64,000 nt of DNA from Chara braunii (taxonomy: Eukaryota > Plantae > Charophyceae). The position numbers and the translations under genes are program-made. Shown piece by piece: positions 27,541-40,900 of the stretch. Under the pieces are notes generated by a model that did no database searches, was not told where the DNA came from, and saw only the letters and a list, made by a program, of their open reading frames with translations. Position 1 is the first letter of the stretch. Each line of letters starts with the position of its first letter. The stretch covers positions 5,080,665 through 5,144,664 of the forward strand of contig BFEA01000015.1 in NCBI GenBank assembly GCA_003427395.1. The letters are read 5' to 3'.

Positions 27541-27808
27541 ATATATCGTCAAACAAAACTGTCGGGTAAATCGTAGGCAGATAGGAAGAAAATGATAACC
27601 AACAAACGACTGTAACAAGCTGTTTTGTTAGAGTTTCACCGACTCATAAGGAGGTTGAAACCTTAACAGTTTGATTGCACTGTAATTGATGATCCACCAT
27701 AACACCCAGTTGTGGTTATGCATTAACCATTGCCCAACGGTTGACACCCTTAGGTGGGGCACAACCAGTGCCCTCGAAATACTTATGACGAAAATCAAAG
27801 CAAACTAT
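27541..27808 (-). mobile_element. ~270-bp hammerhead-bearing repeat unit (candidate Penelope pseudo-LTR), degenerate copy
   Basis: Colinear with 57915-58132 and with the reverse complement of 57692-57912. Confidence 0.8.
27619..27670 (-). ncRNA. Degenerate type III hammerhead ribozyme (probably inactive)
   Basis: Minus strand ACUG-UU-AAGGUUUCAACCUC-CUUAUGA-GUCGG-UGAAACU-CUAAC-AAAA-CAGC; same 52-nt layout as 57999-58050 but core G5>U and G12>A. Confidence 0.7.
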
Positions 27809-29899
27809 CACTCACCCACATCACAAGCCGTATATATGGTTAAATTTGTATAGACTGTCGGTGCACACCCCATCACAAGTTGTATATATGATTAAATTTG
27901 TATGGGCCAACGTAGGTCTGTCTAGGGGGGTGTGTAGGGTTGTGATCATAGTACCACAAACAAGAGCATCACTTCAACTTGAGCCTTGATCAAGGGTTGT
28001 TACAATTTTTGGATGATTTCCTAAGTTGGGGATAAAGGTAGAATGATCCTTTTCTTGAATGGTTTTTTCGATCCTGTTACTGGTGCCCTTGCTTGCGCCC
28101 TAGGTAGTTTAGTTCCATTTCGTACGTCCATAATATCGTCCAAGTTTGAAGTTCAATTACTTTTCTCGTTCCATATTTTGCGGGTATCTGACTAAAATCA
28201 ATTCCAATCTCTTTCTTTGGGTCCGCATTGCTTTAGCTCTTTCCCTTGACTTTTTCATTCTTCCCTACGTCGATTGTAATCCATAATCCTCTCCTTTTTC
28301 TTCATTCATCCACCACTTTCGTGTTTGAGTCCTTATTTTTCCTCCCATTTTTATTTTCCTATGTGTTATTCCCTTCAACCTTCTCCTCCGGGATTTCGAA
28401 TCCAACATCCTCCTTCTCCTTGTTTTTTTCCCCTTACCCATTCCCATTCGCCCTTTCTGCCTTCCTCTTGGGGAGGGAGGGGAGGGAAGAGTGAACGGGA
28501 GGGAGGGAGAGGGCGGAAAACAAGGAGGAGAGTCGAGTGCAAAAAAGAGGAACCCCATTGGATCCTCGAGAGGAACGCTACTTTTGAGATATGAACAGTG
28601 ACACATTGGATGACGGTGTCGAGGACAGGCGACGTAGTAGAGACATACTCTCCATGACAACTTCCTAAAAACATCAGCAACCCATGACATGTTGCTGATA
28701 TGCTAGCGGGACAGTAGACTCGTTCTTCAGCATGGTATGTGAAGGCCACAATGATAGGAATCAAGGGTTGGGGGGGGGAACGAATTTAAGACAAAGATGA
28801 GGTCACATTTCTCATAGCGAAAACGTTATCATTACGGCCGGAGAAGAACTGCGGTTGTCCACACATGCAACGACATGCACCAGCACACCCTCACCAATAG
28901 TGACATAATCCATCCAATCTGTACACGCAAAATACACATGCTAGCCAGGTAACGGGGACGAGGCCGGGTCAGCCATATTGTTCTTCAAGGAGCAACAAAA
29001 CTTGCGACAATGCAACTGGAGACTATTCCCAACGAAATCCATATCAGGCGCATTCCTCCGCGCAACTACCTGGAATTGCTATTGCCATCCCATAAATGTC
29101 ATAGACATAACTTTCGTATTCACGCTAACCATATTATCATCATCCTGCGAACAATGTCTACAAATTCAAAAACAGTACAGGGGTTGCAATTTTAAGCGGG
29201 GCGACATATTGATAGCATTGTACACAGAGGGACCTCGTTGCAGCACAATAAGTGAATTGGCTCAATACACCGCGTGATAAAAGTTCCATTTTGGTTTCGA
29301 CAGTGATAACCCCATTGGCTTTGGCAAGTGTTCCAAAAACAGATCATCGTCGGTCAGTCATATGTCCCATCAAAGTATCAAAAGGACATATCATTCTCAT
29401 TTAACGGTGAGGAGCAATCGGGCCGAAGTGAAGTAGAAGCTAATCAACCGCACTTGTACTTATGGTGGCTTCTAGTAATGTGAACACTGCATCTCGTGTA
29501 TAGTACAAGACCTCATGTATTGTGCAAATGTGGAACCTCAACGCTATAGTGTGACTGTGAATAACAAATCCGGTGTGTGTTATTCCGAGCTTGCGTGTCT
29601 TGGGGGCCGTTACATCATTTCCCAAGATTGCAAACATGTTAGCAGAGTAAATCTTTGACTCCCTCTGTTGCTGTGAGGGTGCAATGACCTTGCTGCATGT
29701 ATACAAACAAGGTTGTTGTCCCATAGATGCGATGGAGGTGAGGAACGTTTGTCCCAAAGATGCACCTGTCGCAGCTGATGTAACCATAAATATGTTGATG
29801 ATAATGACAGTAACCAAAAACAGGACCCGTAGGCTGTAGACAAAGAATGGTGTAGCAAAAGATGCACTTAGGGGAGCGATGGTAGTGGTATGGAATTGG

Positions 29900-32800
29900 C
29901 CGAGTTTGAATCAGTGTGAAAGTGAACAGCAACTCGCTCAGCACAAACACTCAACTCTCTTCTTATAGGTTAACTCTCTTTAGTATGTGGCCAAACACGC
30001 ATTGAGAAGTAGCAACAATGGTGGCAGGCAATTCAACAACGTTCGTTTTCTCTGCTACGTGAAGCTGAGATTCTATTGGGATCGCAACGTCCACATTACC
30101 AGTCAGCAGCCCTTTGGCAATAACTAAGGAGGGTTATCTTGTTGTGCGTGGATATACGAAGGATCGATGTTGCTTGTGCTAAGAACCGATGTTCAACAAT
30201 GTATAGGACACCGCTTCATTAGTTGGGTGACATGAGCAGGCCAACATTGTGGGCCATGCACATCATCAGTCCTACCCTTGGCCAAGACACAAGGGGCATG
30301 TACCCTGGTGACAATAGGATACAACTTCCAAGTTGGAACTGCAGTTATAGAATGTCCAAACGTCGTTTGTGACCTTTGCTACTACCGAACCCACCTTAGT
30401 AATTTTTGTTGCCTTTCCAGAGTTAAGGCCTAGTTTTTAACAGCATACTGAAAAACTACCTAAGTCGGGGCATTGGAAAAAACACTAAGGTCCAAGAATC
30501 TACTGTATCGAATACTTCAGTGTAACGCGCAAGCCCATGTCCCAAGGAAGCGACATGAACCACCATGTTTTCCTCTGCGGACCATGTCAAGCAGAAGGCA
30601 ATGTGGAGGTTAAAAAAATTATCACGAACCAACTAATATGTAAATGCATATTCTTATGCCACATGTAAATCCCATCGATGAAGTTCATTGATTAACTGTG
30701 CCTTATTTCGATAGAGCATTCAGATTGGCAATTTTTTATCCAACGTCAATGCCCACAAGGATCCTACCACCTCATGGCACCACGATTCATCCATTACATA
30801 GTGATAAGTGCACGACAATTGCAGATGTTCTGTGTTTGACACGACAAGAATCTCAAAGTCATGTGAGGCAACCCACTCCCCGCGATGACAACCGCCAACG
30901 CATTTATGTTGACCTCTAATCCTGTGGAATCTGCTCCAAAGCATAACCATGTGCCTCGAGAACACCGTTACACACATTCTTAACAATCGTGTCACTTGGG
31001 AGGTTAGTACTGAGTGACAAAGGGATTTACACTTTGCTTGAGATCCAAGACAACCTCCTTGGCACTTTTCACAATGAAGCAGTGTCACATGCCACTTTCA
31101 CGATTAACCTCATTATCCTTGCCGCAAAGGGAGCTCATCACAACTTCGACAGCATAGATGAGCAAATGAGAGGGCACTATTGTGCTGACAATGATTTTAC
31201 AAAGGACCTCCTATTCAGGTCAAAGACAAAGGTGGTGGGCTGTAAAGTGAGGTGCTGGTTTAAAAAGATTGTTGTGTTGGGTAACCCCGTTGATCATCAA
31301 ACGAGAAGGTGGAGATTTATATGCTCGAAGTGCAAACTAGAGACCGGGCTGAATATCATCCTGGACACTTTTCAACAATCCAGCAGTGTCACATGCCACT
31401 TTCTCGATTAAGCTCTTTATCCTTGCTTCAAGAGTGTTGATCAAGACTTGAACAATATAGATCAACAGGTAAGAACTTGTTGTGCTGGCAACGAGTTGCT
31501 AATGCCTTTTTTTTTTTTTTTTTTAATTTGACCAATTGATTATCCTGATGATGTATGCAGGCCCCCTACGAGACTCCCTCCCACCCTGACTCTTATTATT
31601 GTCCCCGGTGCACCCCTACTCCAAAGATCCTACCTTGGTGATTTTTTTTTTAATGAAAAGGTTCTGAGCAGTGTTAGGGATTGTGCCAAGTGAGGGAATC
31701 CACCAAAAGGCTGCACGCACTGGGTTCAGCCCACCGGGTGGCATAGCGGACCCATCCACATGAAGATGCTATTCCAGCCAAGGACCCACCATCTCGAGCA
31801 CATACTCAAGGGTGTCGGCCTGGGACCGGTGCTACCCTGGACGTCAGCAGACTGGGCGCACCACCCTCGAACTCATGTTCCAGATCCCCAAGTTGGACGT
31901 CAGCAGACTGGGCGCACCACCCTCGAACTCATGTTCCAGATCCCCAAGCATCCTGCCACGAGGCTGCAATGGCACCACTGTTGCCTGGTGCTCATAGGAA
32001 TACCATCGTGCCTCGTAGGAGAATGGCGAACCATTACATCCCCCCCTCAACTCTTCCCCACTGAGCCCGGTGCTTGCCAGCCACTGCCCCTACCTGGCTC
32101 TTCATAACCAAGTGGAGGTGTAAGCAACCACTTCAACGCCCTAAGGTACCGCTCGTCATGTAGGGATCCAGTATCCACATACCTGGACCTTTTCTATTAC
32201 ACTTATGCGCCCATCTCATGGCACCTCATTATTTGTACAATCAATTTGCAAATGGCATGTGTGTTAGTCAACGCTCGCCGACGGCCTATGCACGAAGCTG
32301 CGGTGTTCTGAACACGGAACCTCACCACAATGCGCATTTCCAACCGGTGCTCCACACACTGAGTTGTCACATCGTTCCTACCTGAGTGTTTTTACTACCC
32401 ACGATCATCACCCTTTCTAATGACATGAACGGACAATGGTTATACGCATCAGGGCTCCCTCCTCAACCCTAATTGAAGCATAGTCGAATGAACGAGCCCT
32501 GTCGTACGAGTCCTTCGAGCCATAAGGGTAGACATTCCACTACAAGTCCCACAGGTGAACCCTTTTCTATTGAACCAAAATGTCTCTGGTTTCCTTCCTC
32601 AACAGGCTCACGGCCACCATCCACTCCCCCACCACCATCATCAACTAGATCTACCATTGAGCCCTCTCGTTATTATCTTGATTTTTATGTTCCCCTGTTC
32701 TTACCTACAACACCTTCAATTTTTATCCTTGGCAAGCTTTCACAACCACCATCCCTTGCCCTACCTCTATCTTCAATTGGGACTCTTATCTATCTAATTC

Positions 32801-34110
32801 TTTATCTTCCCCTAGAGAATCCCTAGTTTCCATCCTCAGTGGACTCACAACCACCATCCTCTCCCCCACCTATTCTCCTTGCGGGCAACAGACCACCTCA
32901 CCCCTTGAAACAACCTCTATTGTAGGTTCCCCAACAATATCCTCCGCTGGAGCTTGTCCAACCTCTAGGTCTGCTTCTAAGGTCGGAGACTAAAAAGGGA
33001 GGAGGGCTCTTAAGTGGGGTGATGATTGGAAAATATTGTTGCGCTGGGTGACCCCGAGGATCAGACAAAGAGCAGGTGGCAATTTTATATACTTCGAGAA
33101 AAAATAAAAGACAGAGCAGGTGTCAAATGTGCCCATAGCCCCAATACTGCACGCCCCAATAAGGTTTCCAGATATAAAACAACGGACAACAGAATACTTC
33201 CAATAAATGGCTATAGGTCGGACTATCAAAATGTTATTAGAGCTGGTATTTCTAACAATGTTAGCACTAGATTGCTGGATTGCCTGAAGTTTTTATGATT
33301 TGGTACTATACCAAAATGTTGTTTTACATCACAGAGATGCATGAACAATTTGTGAATAACCTTGAGTGGATGCTTGATATGTGCAACTGGAGATATTCCG
33401 TCTGTAGCTTTGGGCAGCTGGAAAAGTTTGTCAGCAACTACTGATTGTTGTTGAATGTTGAACTTGTGGTTGCAATACACTCTCACCTTACTCGTTCACA
33501 CTAAACCTCGACACTTAATTTTGTCCATGTATTGGTATTGAGCCTTCGACGAACAGAGCCATGACCATCCACAATATCAGTACAATTTGAGAATAATTGT
33601 CAAGAAGGACAATTGTTGTGGTTCGAAGGAGGCATGCTGATAGACATGATGAGCGCCCCTTAGTAAAGTTGTGGAACTAGATGAGAATGGGTGGCATCAT
33701 TCCATCACAGTTGCGTATATCTATGACAAGAAGAGGTTGAAGATGTTATTCAAGACACTATAGTAACGGTATGATGCTCAGTCATAGTGTGGTGCATGGA
33801 GCTACATGCGCAAGTGAATTTGAAAATACAACCCTATTATGCGTACAGATAAAATATGTGAGTGGTACAGACCAACGCTTATGCATTCCAGTTTATGAAT
33901 GTCAGTTGTCAGCGCAGCATTTGAATCATTTGTTCGCAGCCATTGCAACAAGCACAAGGGCAAAGTGGACCTGGCTTGTAAAACCACACGAGCAAGATAT
34001 TGCAAGTCTAGTTTGCCTACTTGTGCAAGCATGCAATGCAAAACCAAGCGCACAACATACCAAGGACTCGCCACAGTGTCAATTGAGACCGGTTTGTTAG
34101 TGAAGCTTTG
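29900..34110 (-). mobile_element. Decayed Penelope-like element RT region (two diverged overlapping segments, interrupted by an insertion at ~31506-32970)
   Basis: Minus-strand peptides in PLE RT order: LKVIHKLF..DVK (33.3 kb); YIKLPPALCLILGVTQRN (33.05 kb) and YKSPPSRLMINGVTQHN (31.3 kb); CFIVKSAKEVVLDLK (31.08 kb); TNLPSDTIVKNV (31.0 kb); G.LVGIDVG*KIANL (30.75 kb, GIPMG..PxIANL-like); AFTY*LVRD (30.64 kb, decayed YIDD); FLDLSVF (30.49 kb). Many stops and frameshifts. Confidence 0.7.
31506..32970 (-). mobile_element. Unclassified insertion within the PLE, poly(A)-tailed on the minus strand; contains a 56-bp tandem duplication (31839-31948)
   Basis: T run at 31506-31524; PLE homology stops at ~31505 and resumes at ~32970. 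Confidence 0.45.
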
Positions 34111-34121
34111 AGAAGAGAGGC

Positions 34122-35900
34122 GGCGTCGAGCGCATCGACCCCCACCTTTTTTCGTAAAAGGCGAGAGCCTTCCCAGTCATGTTACGCAAGAGTAAAAACA
34201 AATCAACAAACAACTTGGAGACGACACATAAATAATCTCGAGAACCGTCAAGATGGGGACGGTCGCGTTGCCCCTTCGCCGCTCTAGTCGGATGAGTCAG
34301 CCGTACTTTCGCGGTCCCCTACAACAAGACAGGTTCCCGTGAAGCACAACTTGTCTTCCCTAAGGGGTTGTCACCACCCTTAGGGGCGTATCTTTTCCGA
34401 CTTACTGACCCACGTTCAGAAGCTTTTAGTTGTAATTGCAGAGGTAGGTTGAACGAGGGCGTTTGCTTGTTTGCTGTAGTATAGCTACGTTTAGAACGTC
34501 ATCTGAACCCAGATACCATCCGCTGATCTCCTAGCTACAGGGCATACGTCAGTCGACTAAGACGAATTCAACCAAGTGTGAAACCCACAGGTAATCCTAG
34601 TCCCTTAGACGCATAATTGAAGAAAAAAAAAGAGTTACAACGATCAAATGTAATTATATCGAAATGAACTGCTAACGGAGAGTTCGTTTTGACAATAACC
34701 TCGATGGCGCCGACAAGGTAGTCGGGCTACCTTAGTTTTGACTTGATGCGACGCACTCCCAAAATCATTCCCTCCATCCTGCCGTCGACCTAAGGTTAGG
34801 CACGCCCACACCTGTCTCCGTACGTTTTTAATCTTCTTGGATGACAGACTGCTTTGTAGATGATTCTTCATCAGATGCATTACTTGAAGTATTGCATCTC
34901 TTTCCCTCTAGGAAGTGGTCTAGGCTACTTCTCCTCCTCGTCCGAGCACAAAACTCGGATCCAAAAAGTCGGGCCGTCTCCACCGAATTGGCAGAGTACA
35001 CCCCCATAGACCGGTCCACTCTGAATCCACAACAGGGACGACTCCTAAAACAACGAACCCCTGCCCCAGATGCTTTCTGGAGAGAGAAAACATGTTCACC
35101 ACAAATATATTTTTGTTGTTCTTATTTTTTTCTTAAGCTCAAAGTAACTTAGACGAAAAAGAATCAGAGGAGGTAGAGAATGAGAATCATTTGGACAAAT
35201 ATAGACAGTTGAGGCCGTTCGAGATAGAAAGGACCTTCTCTGGGAAAGACTAAATCCATTTGATTGTCTACTTTATCTGAATCAAATTCCTTTGACGACA
35301 CTGAATCAAACTTTCTCAACACAATTTTTGACCAGCATGCAAATAATGGGTAGAAAAAAAACAATCCTCTTCACCAGTCCTACGTAGGCACAATCAATTC
35401 CTTCTGCGATCATCCGTCTACCTACCTGCACACTCAAAAACAACCACAGGTCCAGAAAATCCAGCAACCCATACTCTCGTCAGATCCCACTTTTTCACAT
35501 GCATGAACAAAGTGTGGGTTCACACAGGTGTGGAGAGAAAACAAAGTGTGGGTTCACACACGCTTTACCCAACCTTCTATTTTGAACATTCAAAACAAAT
35601 AGGGCAAAGCAAAGTGTGGGTTCACACAGGTGTGGAGAGAAAACAAAGTCGTTAGTTCACCTTGAGTGAAGCGTTTCCAAATACGTCGTGGCCCTTTCAA
35701 GAATTTGAGAAAAATACGTACAGCTTCCCGAAGAAAAATTACTGCACCGAGGTAAATTTTGGACCAGCCACTAGTCTCAATTTGCTCCCCATTCGCAAGT
35801 CCTACATGCGTCAGTTCCAACTGCGAGGATGATGATTCACACCCGTCCCAATCCCACCCAAGTCCCAACTCGTCCTAGATGGTCCTAAGTGGTCTCGTAC
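34122..35900 (-). mobile_element. Copy D of the unclassified dispersed repeat
   Basis: Reverse complement is colinear with ~5935-7780; same terminal hairpin and GCGCTCGAC; abuts the 5' side of the PLE relic. Confidence 0.85.
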
Positions 35901-37444
35901 TATCCCTTCCAGCACCTGAAGATGTCATCCGCCAAAACAACTTCCACCATACCTCGCAAAAAAATAAAACACACAAGTTCCCACTCAGCCGGCACCATCA
36001 GTCCCGCTCACGTGTTCTACTGATCCTAAGGTTTCACTAGGTCAAAGACCAAATGACCCCACCCCCGCAGATGTGCACCCACAAAAGAAAAACGGCGTGC
36101 CGTTCCACCTTGGCAAACCTGATGAAACACAGAGTATCGTTGCCACTTCTACCAGTGCTCGCTGCATTGCCAGAACAATTCCACTGCAATTTTCTCTCAA
36201 CCAATGTTGACACATCGAGAGACGCTTAAACGAAGGTCTCAATTTTCAAACCACTTATCACGCCATTTATAACAAAAAATCATAAATTTATATATGTCTT
36301 TTCTTTTGAATCTCTATATTATCTAAACAAAGAAAAGCATGCTGACTATAGCGATTTAACTCAATAATCATTTTAACCAAACTTGCCATTATTCATAGAT
36401 AGATACTAACTACTTACAAAAAAAAAGGACTAACTACTTACAAGAAAAAAAAAAAAAGACTTTAAAAACCTATAAAACAGCAAGGCAAAAGTGTGTTTTC
36501 ATGCAAAATTCACTCGTTTCAGTTTTCAGGATTTTCAGGATTTTGCAAGGCTAGCCAAAATAGTGAACTCCAAGACCCTAACAAACACCAAACTTGGCAC
36601 ACACAAACCTTGACCAAATATAAAGCAGGGCGAAAAAAAAAAAAAACAGAAAAATCTAAAAAAAATGACCTCCAATGCACTTTTCAGGGTCGAAGGGAAG
36701 GGATTAACCAGGGCTGAAAAGTGGGGCCCCCTGTTAACCGCTTACGGACACCAAGAAAAAACCAAAACTTTCCCTCCTCTTAGTACCGCATGACGATCCT
36801 TAATTTCGGCAACATAACGCTGCAAAATTGATCGTTGTCGACGCTAAAACAAATCGGCAGCATAACCTACACAAATGGGATATTAGTCTGCTGTTGTCCA
36901 GTCTATCAGTGCCTCTAGCAGCGTGGCCTTAAAGTTTGCTGCTGCAGCCAAAAAAACCCACCATTAAATTAATAAAATTTGAACCTTGGACAAAATCCAA
37001 GCCTAAACTACATGCCGCCGTGCCGCCTTCAATCCCAAGGACCACCCCGATGGACCAGCACCAACCTGAGAGGAATGAAGCAGAGTCCTCGCTACCCCGA
37101 CTACGACTTCCCTCCTCCTCCTCCTCTAATCTACGCTGCAGATCTCCACCTTCCTCCCACGTTGCCTCCGACAGCCTCTCCAACAACCCAACAACACTCA
37201 GGTGTGTTGTCACACATTGGCAACACAAAAGCTTCAGTGTGGCAGCTGGGGATAAATGCCTTGTTTATAACTTTACAGTGGTTGAGGAGGGTTCGCTGTC
37301 ACTTCAGCGTCCAAGCAAAACCGCGGGCTCACAGTGAGCCCTTCATCTGGTCTATCAAAGGCTACTTATGACCGCACAGCCTAACCATTAGGGGCAAGGG
37401 GCAACATGAAATCTCCCCTTCACAGAGAGAGGAAACTATGCTTG

Positions 37445-37980
37445 CAGGGGCAGATTCTTTAACTACCCCACTTTTATTTTTCTTTTGTGCGCCCTTCATC
37501 TGGCCACACAATAGCCACAATCTTACTGGGGGCAGATTCTTTAAGTGTCCCACTTTTATTTTTCTTTTCTTTATCTAAGTTATCTCGGAATTTCAAAAGA
37601 TAGCTAAGATATTCAAAACTGTTTTTCTTTTATTTTTTTGATAACGGGTTGGAAAAATACCTTTTTTAGTTAGATGTATTTAGCCCTTGTGGCCGCACAA
37701 TAGCCACAGCCTTACTGGGGGCAGATTCTTTAACTGCCCCACTTTATTTTTCTTTTCTTTATCTAAGTTATCTCGGAATTTTAAAGGTCACTTGTGGCCG
37801 CACAATAGCCACAACCTTACTGGGGGCAGATTCTTTAACTGCCCCACTTTTATTTTTCTTTTCTTTATCTAAGTTATCTCGGAATTTCAAAAGATAGCTA
37901 AGATAGTCAAAACTGTTTCTCTTTTATTTTTCTGATAACGGGTTGGAAAAATACCTTTTTTAGTTAGATGTATTTCGCCC
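37445..37980. repeat. Nested tandem duplications
   Basis: ggggcagattctttaa...cccactt occurs four times; 37500-37685 is nearly identical to 37795-37980. Confidence 0.9.
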
Positions 37981-40900
37981 TTATCGGTGAAAAGACTGTA
38001 TTTAGCCTTCTTCTTTTCGACCCTTCCATGTCCAAGCTCCCCCTAAAAACGGGAGCCTCGTGAAGACACGTGTTCTCACGAGAATGTTGCACAAAAAAAA
38101 AAAAAAAAAAAAAAAAACCCACTAACTACACTACGCTTGACCCTAACCTCAGCCAGGTGCGCACCGTTGAAACCAACAATGTTCCTTCCTTTTCCTCCGC
38201 CCTCACTGGAAACGGGGACGACAATTGGCAGGTTGAGAGGACTCCCATCTCTCCCTGTTTCTCTCTCCCTCTTTTTCTCTCCAGCCCCTTCCTCACGCAC
38301 GTTGACCACAATCATGCAATCGAAAATCCCAATGTCGAAAAAAAACTCAAAATTCTTCGACCCAAAACTGAGTGGGAGCCCTTTGTGTTCCCACAGCCAA
38401 AATGGCTGATTCCCCAACGATAAGGTACAAATGCCTCGCTATTATTTTATTTTTTCCTCCTTTTTATTTTTTTTTCTTTCCCCTACACGCCTAGCTTCTC
38501 GTTAGAACCCCCTCCCCATTTTGCTGCTCCCAAGATGCCAACAGTCACGACACGGAGGAGGACTAAAAAAAGAAAAAAAGCATAAACAAAGGAAAAAGAA
38601 AACAAAAACAAACTTCAAAGGAAAAAAAAAAAAAAAAAACGAACTTATCTTCCCTATTGGTATACTCACCAACTGTCAAGGCGTAGACTCGCCTCACTCG
38701 AGTTCAAGTCTTGACGAAACACAGGGGCGCAGGCCCGTTGTCATGACGAAGAGCCTTGGCTTGCTACCATGAATCTTGTGGCTCAAATTTCCCGCTAGAA
38801 AATGGAAAGATACACCGTCACAATTTTTTTTATTTCGTGAGTAAGTGAAGTGGGCCCCAACCCTCTAGCAACGACACCTATTGTACTTACTAAAACATGA
38901 GGAAAAGGGGAAAATGATCCGAAATTCGACAAAAAAAAAAAAAAAGATTTTCATGCCCGGCTAGTCCTGCCCGGCCGAGCACCCGGGCATGACCCCCGGA
39001 GTGGCGTGACCCCCGGAGTGCCAAGACGTGCATTTTTTTTTTTTTTTTTTTTTTGCTTAACTGCGCTCTTCCAGAGGACCCCAAATCCGGGCTCTTTCCA
39101 TTTTTTGAGAGTTGGGTGTCAAGGGGGGAGAAGGGAGGTATAAACTTGCCTTAGTGGGAATTTGTTATTTTCTTTTTTATCTCCGATTCAGAGAGGAATT
39201 CTGATATGACCCTCAGCCAGAAGTTGTTTGTGCTGCAATTCTACACAACATTTTTTTCTTTTTTCCGGGAGTTTTTCGAACTTTCGTTTTTTTTTTTTTT
39301 TGGTGCTGGGGCTGCCTGGAACCCTGCCCGGGGGTCATGCCCGGTCAGGCACCCGGATGTGCATCAGGGCACAAGTTGGGTGCCCGAGCGCCCGAAAAAC
39401 AACCTAGCAAAGAAACAAAAACACAAACTTGTCAAAAACAACGCCTGACACCCTGAAAACGGGCGCCTGTTGACCTACATTCTGTTTTCCATCCACCCAC
39501 GCCACCTCTCGTGCCAAATCTAGTTATAGATTTTATTATTATTATTATTACTTTTTCTTCTTTCGGTTCGATTGTTGGCATTTCGCCAATGGCTCCCACC
39601 AAACCCTATTGCCCTACCATAAGGCAGAACAGAGTTCAATCCCTCAAGGGATCGACATAACTTTTTTTTGACCTTTTTTCAATTTATGTGTGTCATTGTT
39701 GCGCAGGGGTCATGCTAATCTCATTATGCAGCACGTATAACTTTGGCCGTGCAATCTCACTGACCGCGCGACAAGAAATATTCGGGTCACGTTCAGAAAC
39801 CAGGGCTGCTCCTTACCAAAAAGGAGCTAGCCTTGGCACCGTTCCGGTTTCGAACCCGGTACTTGCTGGAGGAAAGTCTGAGATGATTACATACCGGGCT
39901 CCTACTTAAAACAAATAGGAGCAGCTCTTCAATTTGAAAAGGTGCCCCCCCCCAATCGGAACACAACTCATGGCCTGACAGGCCCAACCTGCTCTTGCCA
40001 ACAAAAAATGGCCGACGCCCCGCCCCGTATGGAACGTGTGCCCAACCCCATAGGGCGGATCACCACCCTTCATCGTTCCGCTACGCGTTCCAGCTCAGGC
40101 GAGGGTAGTTCTTGGGACAAATGACTCGCCACGCTTTTTGCGCCATGGCTGCAAACACGACGCAACCGCTCTTGTCAACACCCTGGATCACGCGACTGTC
40201 ACAATTTTGAAGAGAACAGGTTTAAATCCAATACTTCAAACGGTTTGCATGCCTTTGCGGCCTCGCCAAATGTGACCAACCATATCAACGATCTCCATCG
40301 CCGCTTTTGAAGGCCGTAGGCGTCCAAACTTAGGTAAAACATTTTAGCCTCTCGGTCGTAGGTCTGGTATGAGTAGACTTTGCCAAACACCCTAACCTCA
40401 TCAAGTCATACAAACGAAATTTTATCATCAGTCAAACAATGTCCGACATTAAAAATCCCGGGCAGATACCCTTGTCAGGGTTTCTGTCCCAACAGCAGGT
40501 CATGGAGGGCGGACTCAGACACCATTCCATCCACCTGTTCAACCAGTGACACTGCCTAAGACATGGTAGTTGTCCCTAAGCTTAACTCTTCATTTACCTG
40601 ACTTTGAAAGATGCTTCTTAAGATTCATTTTTAATCTATTTTACTTTGTATTACGACCGCTACGAGTTTTTCATTGTATATAAAAAACTCAGGAAAGCTC
40701 AACTTAAATTATTTGCATTTACGACTGTTGAACCCTGAGGGTAATAGGGTGGCCAGGCACCTAACTCAAAATCCTTTCTGAGATGTGGCTGCAACGCTTG
40801 AACAAATTAAGGTTGATAGAGCTGTCATCATTTAGGTAGCCTTCCAGTTAATGCATTCCAAAGGCGAGATAGCAAAGTGAAAAAGCGGCTGTCTTGCCAC

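Noticed and set aside
39803-39928. Small MITE with G(G/A)GCTGCTCCT termini and two internal hairpins
   Set aside because: No TSD, and only one copy in the window.
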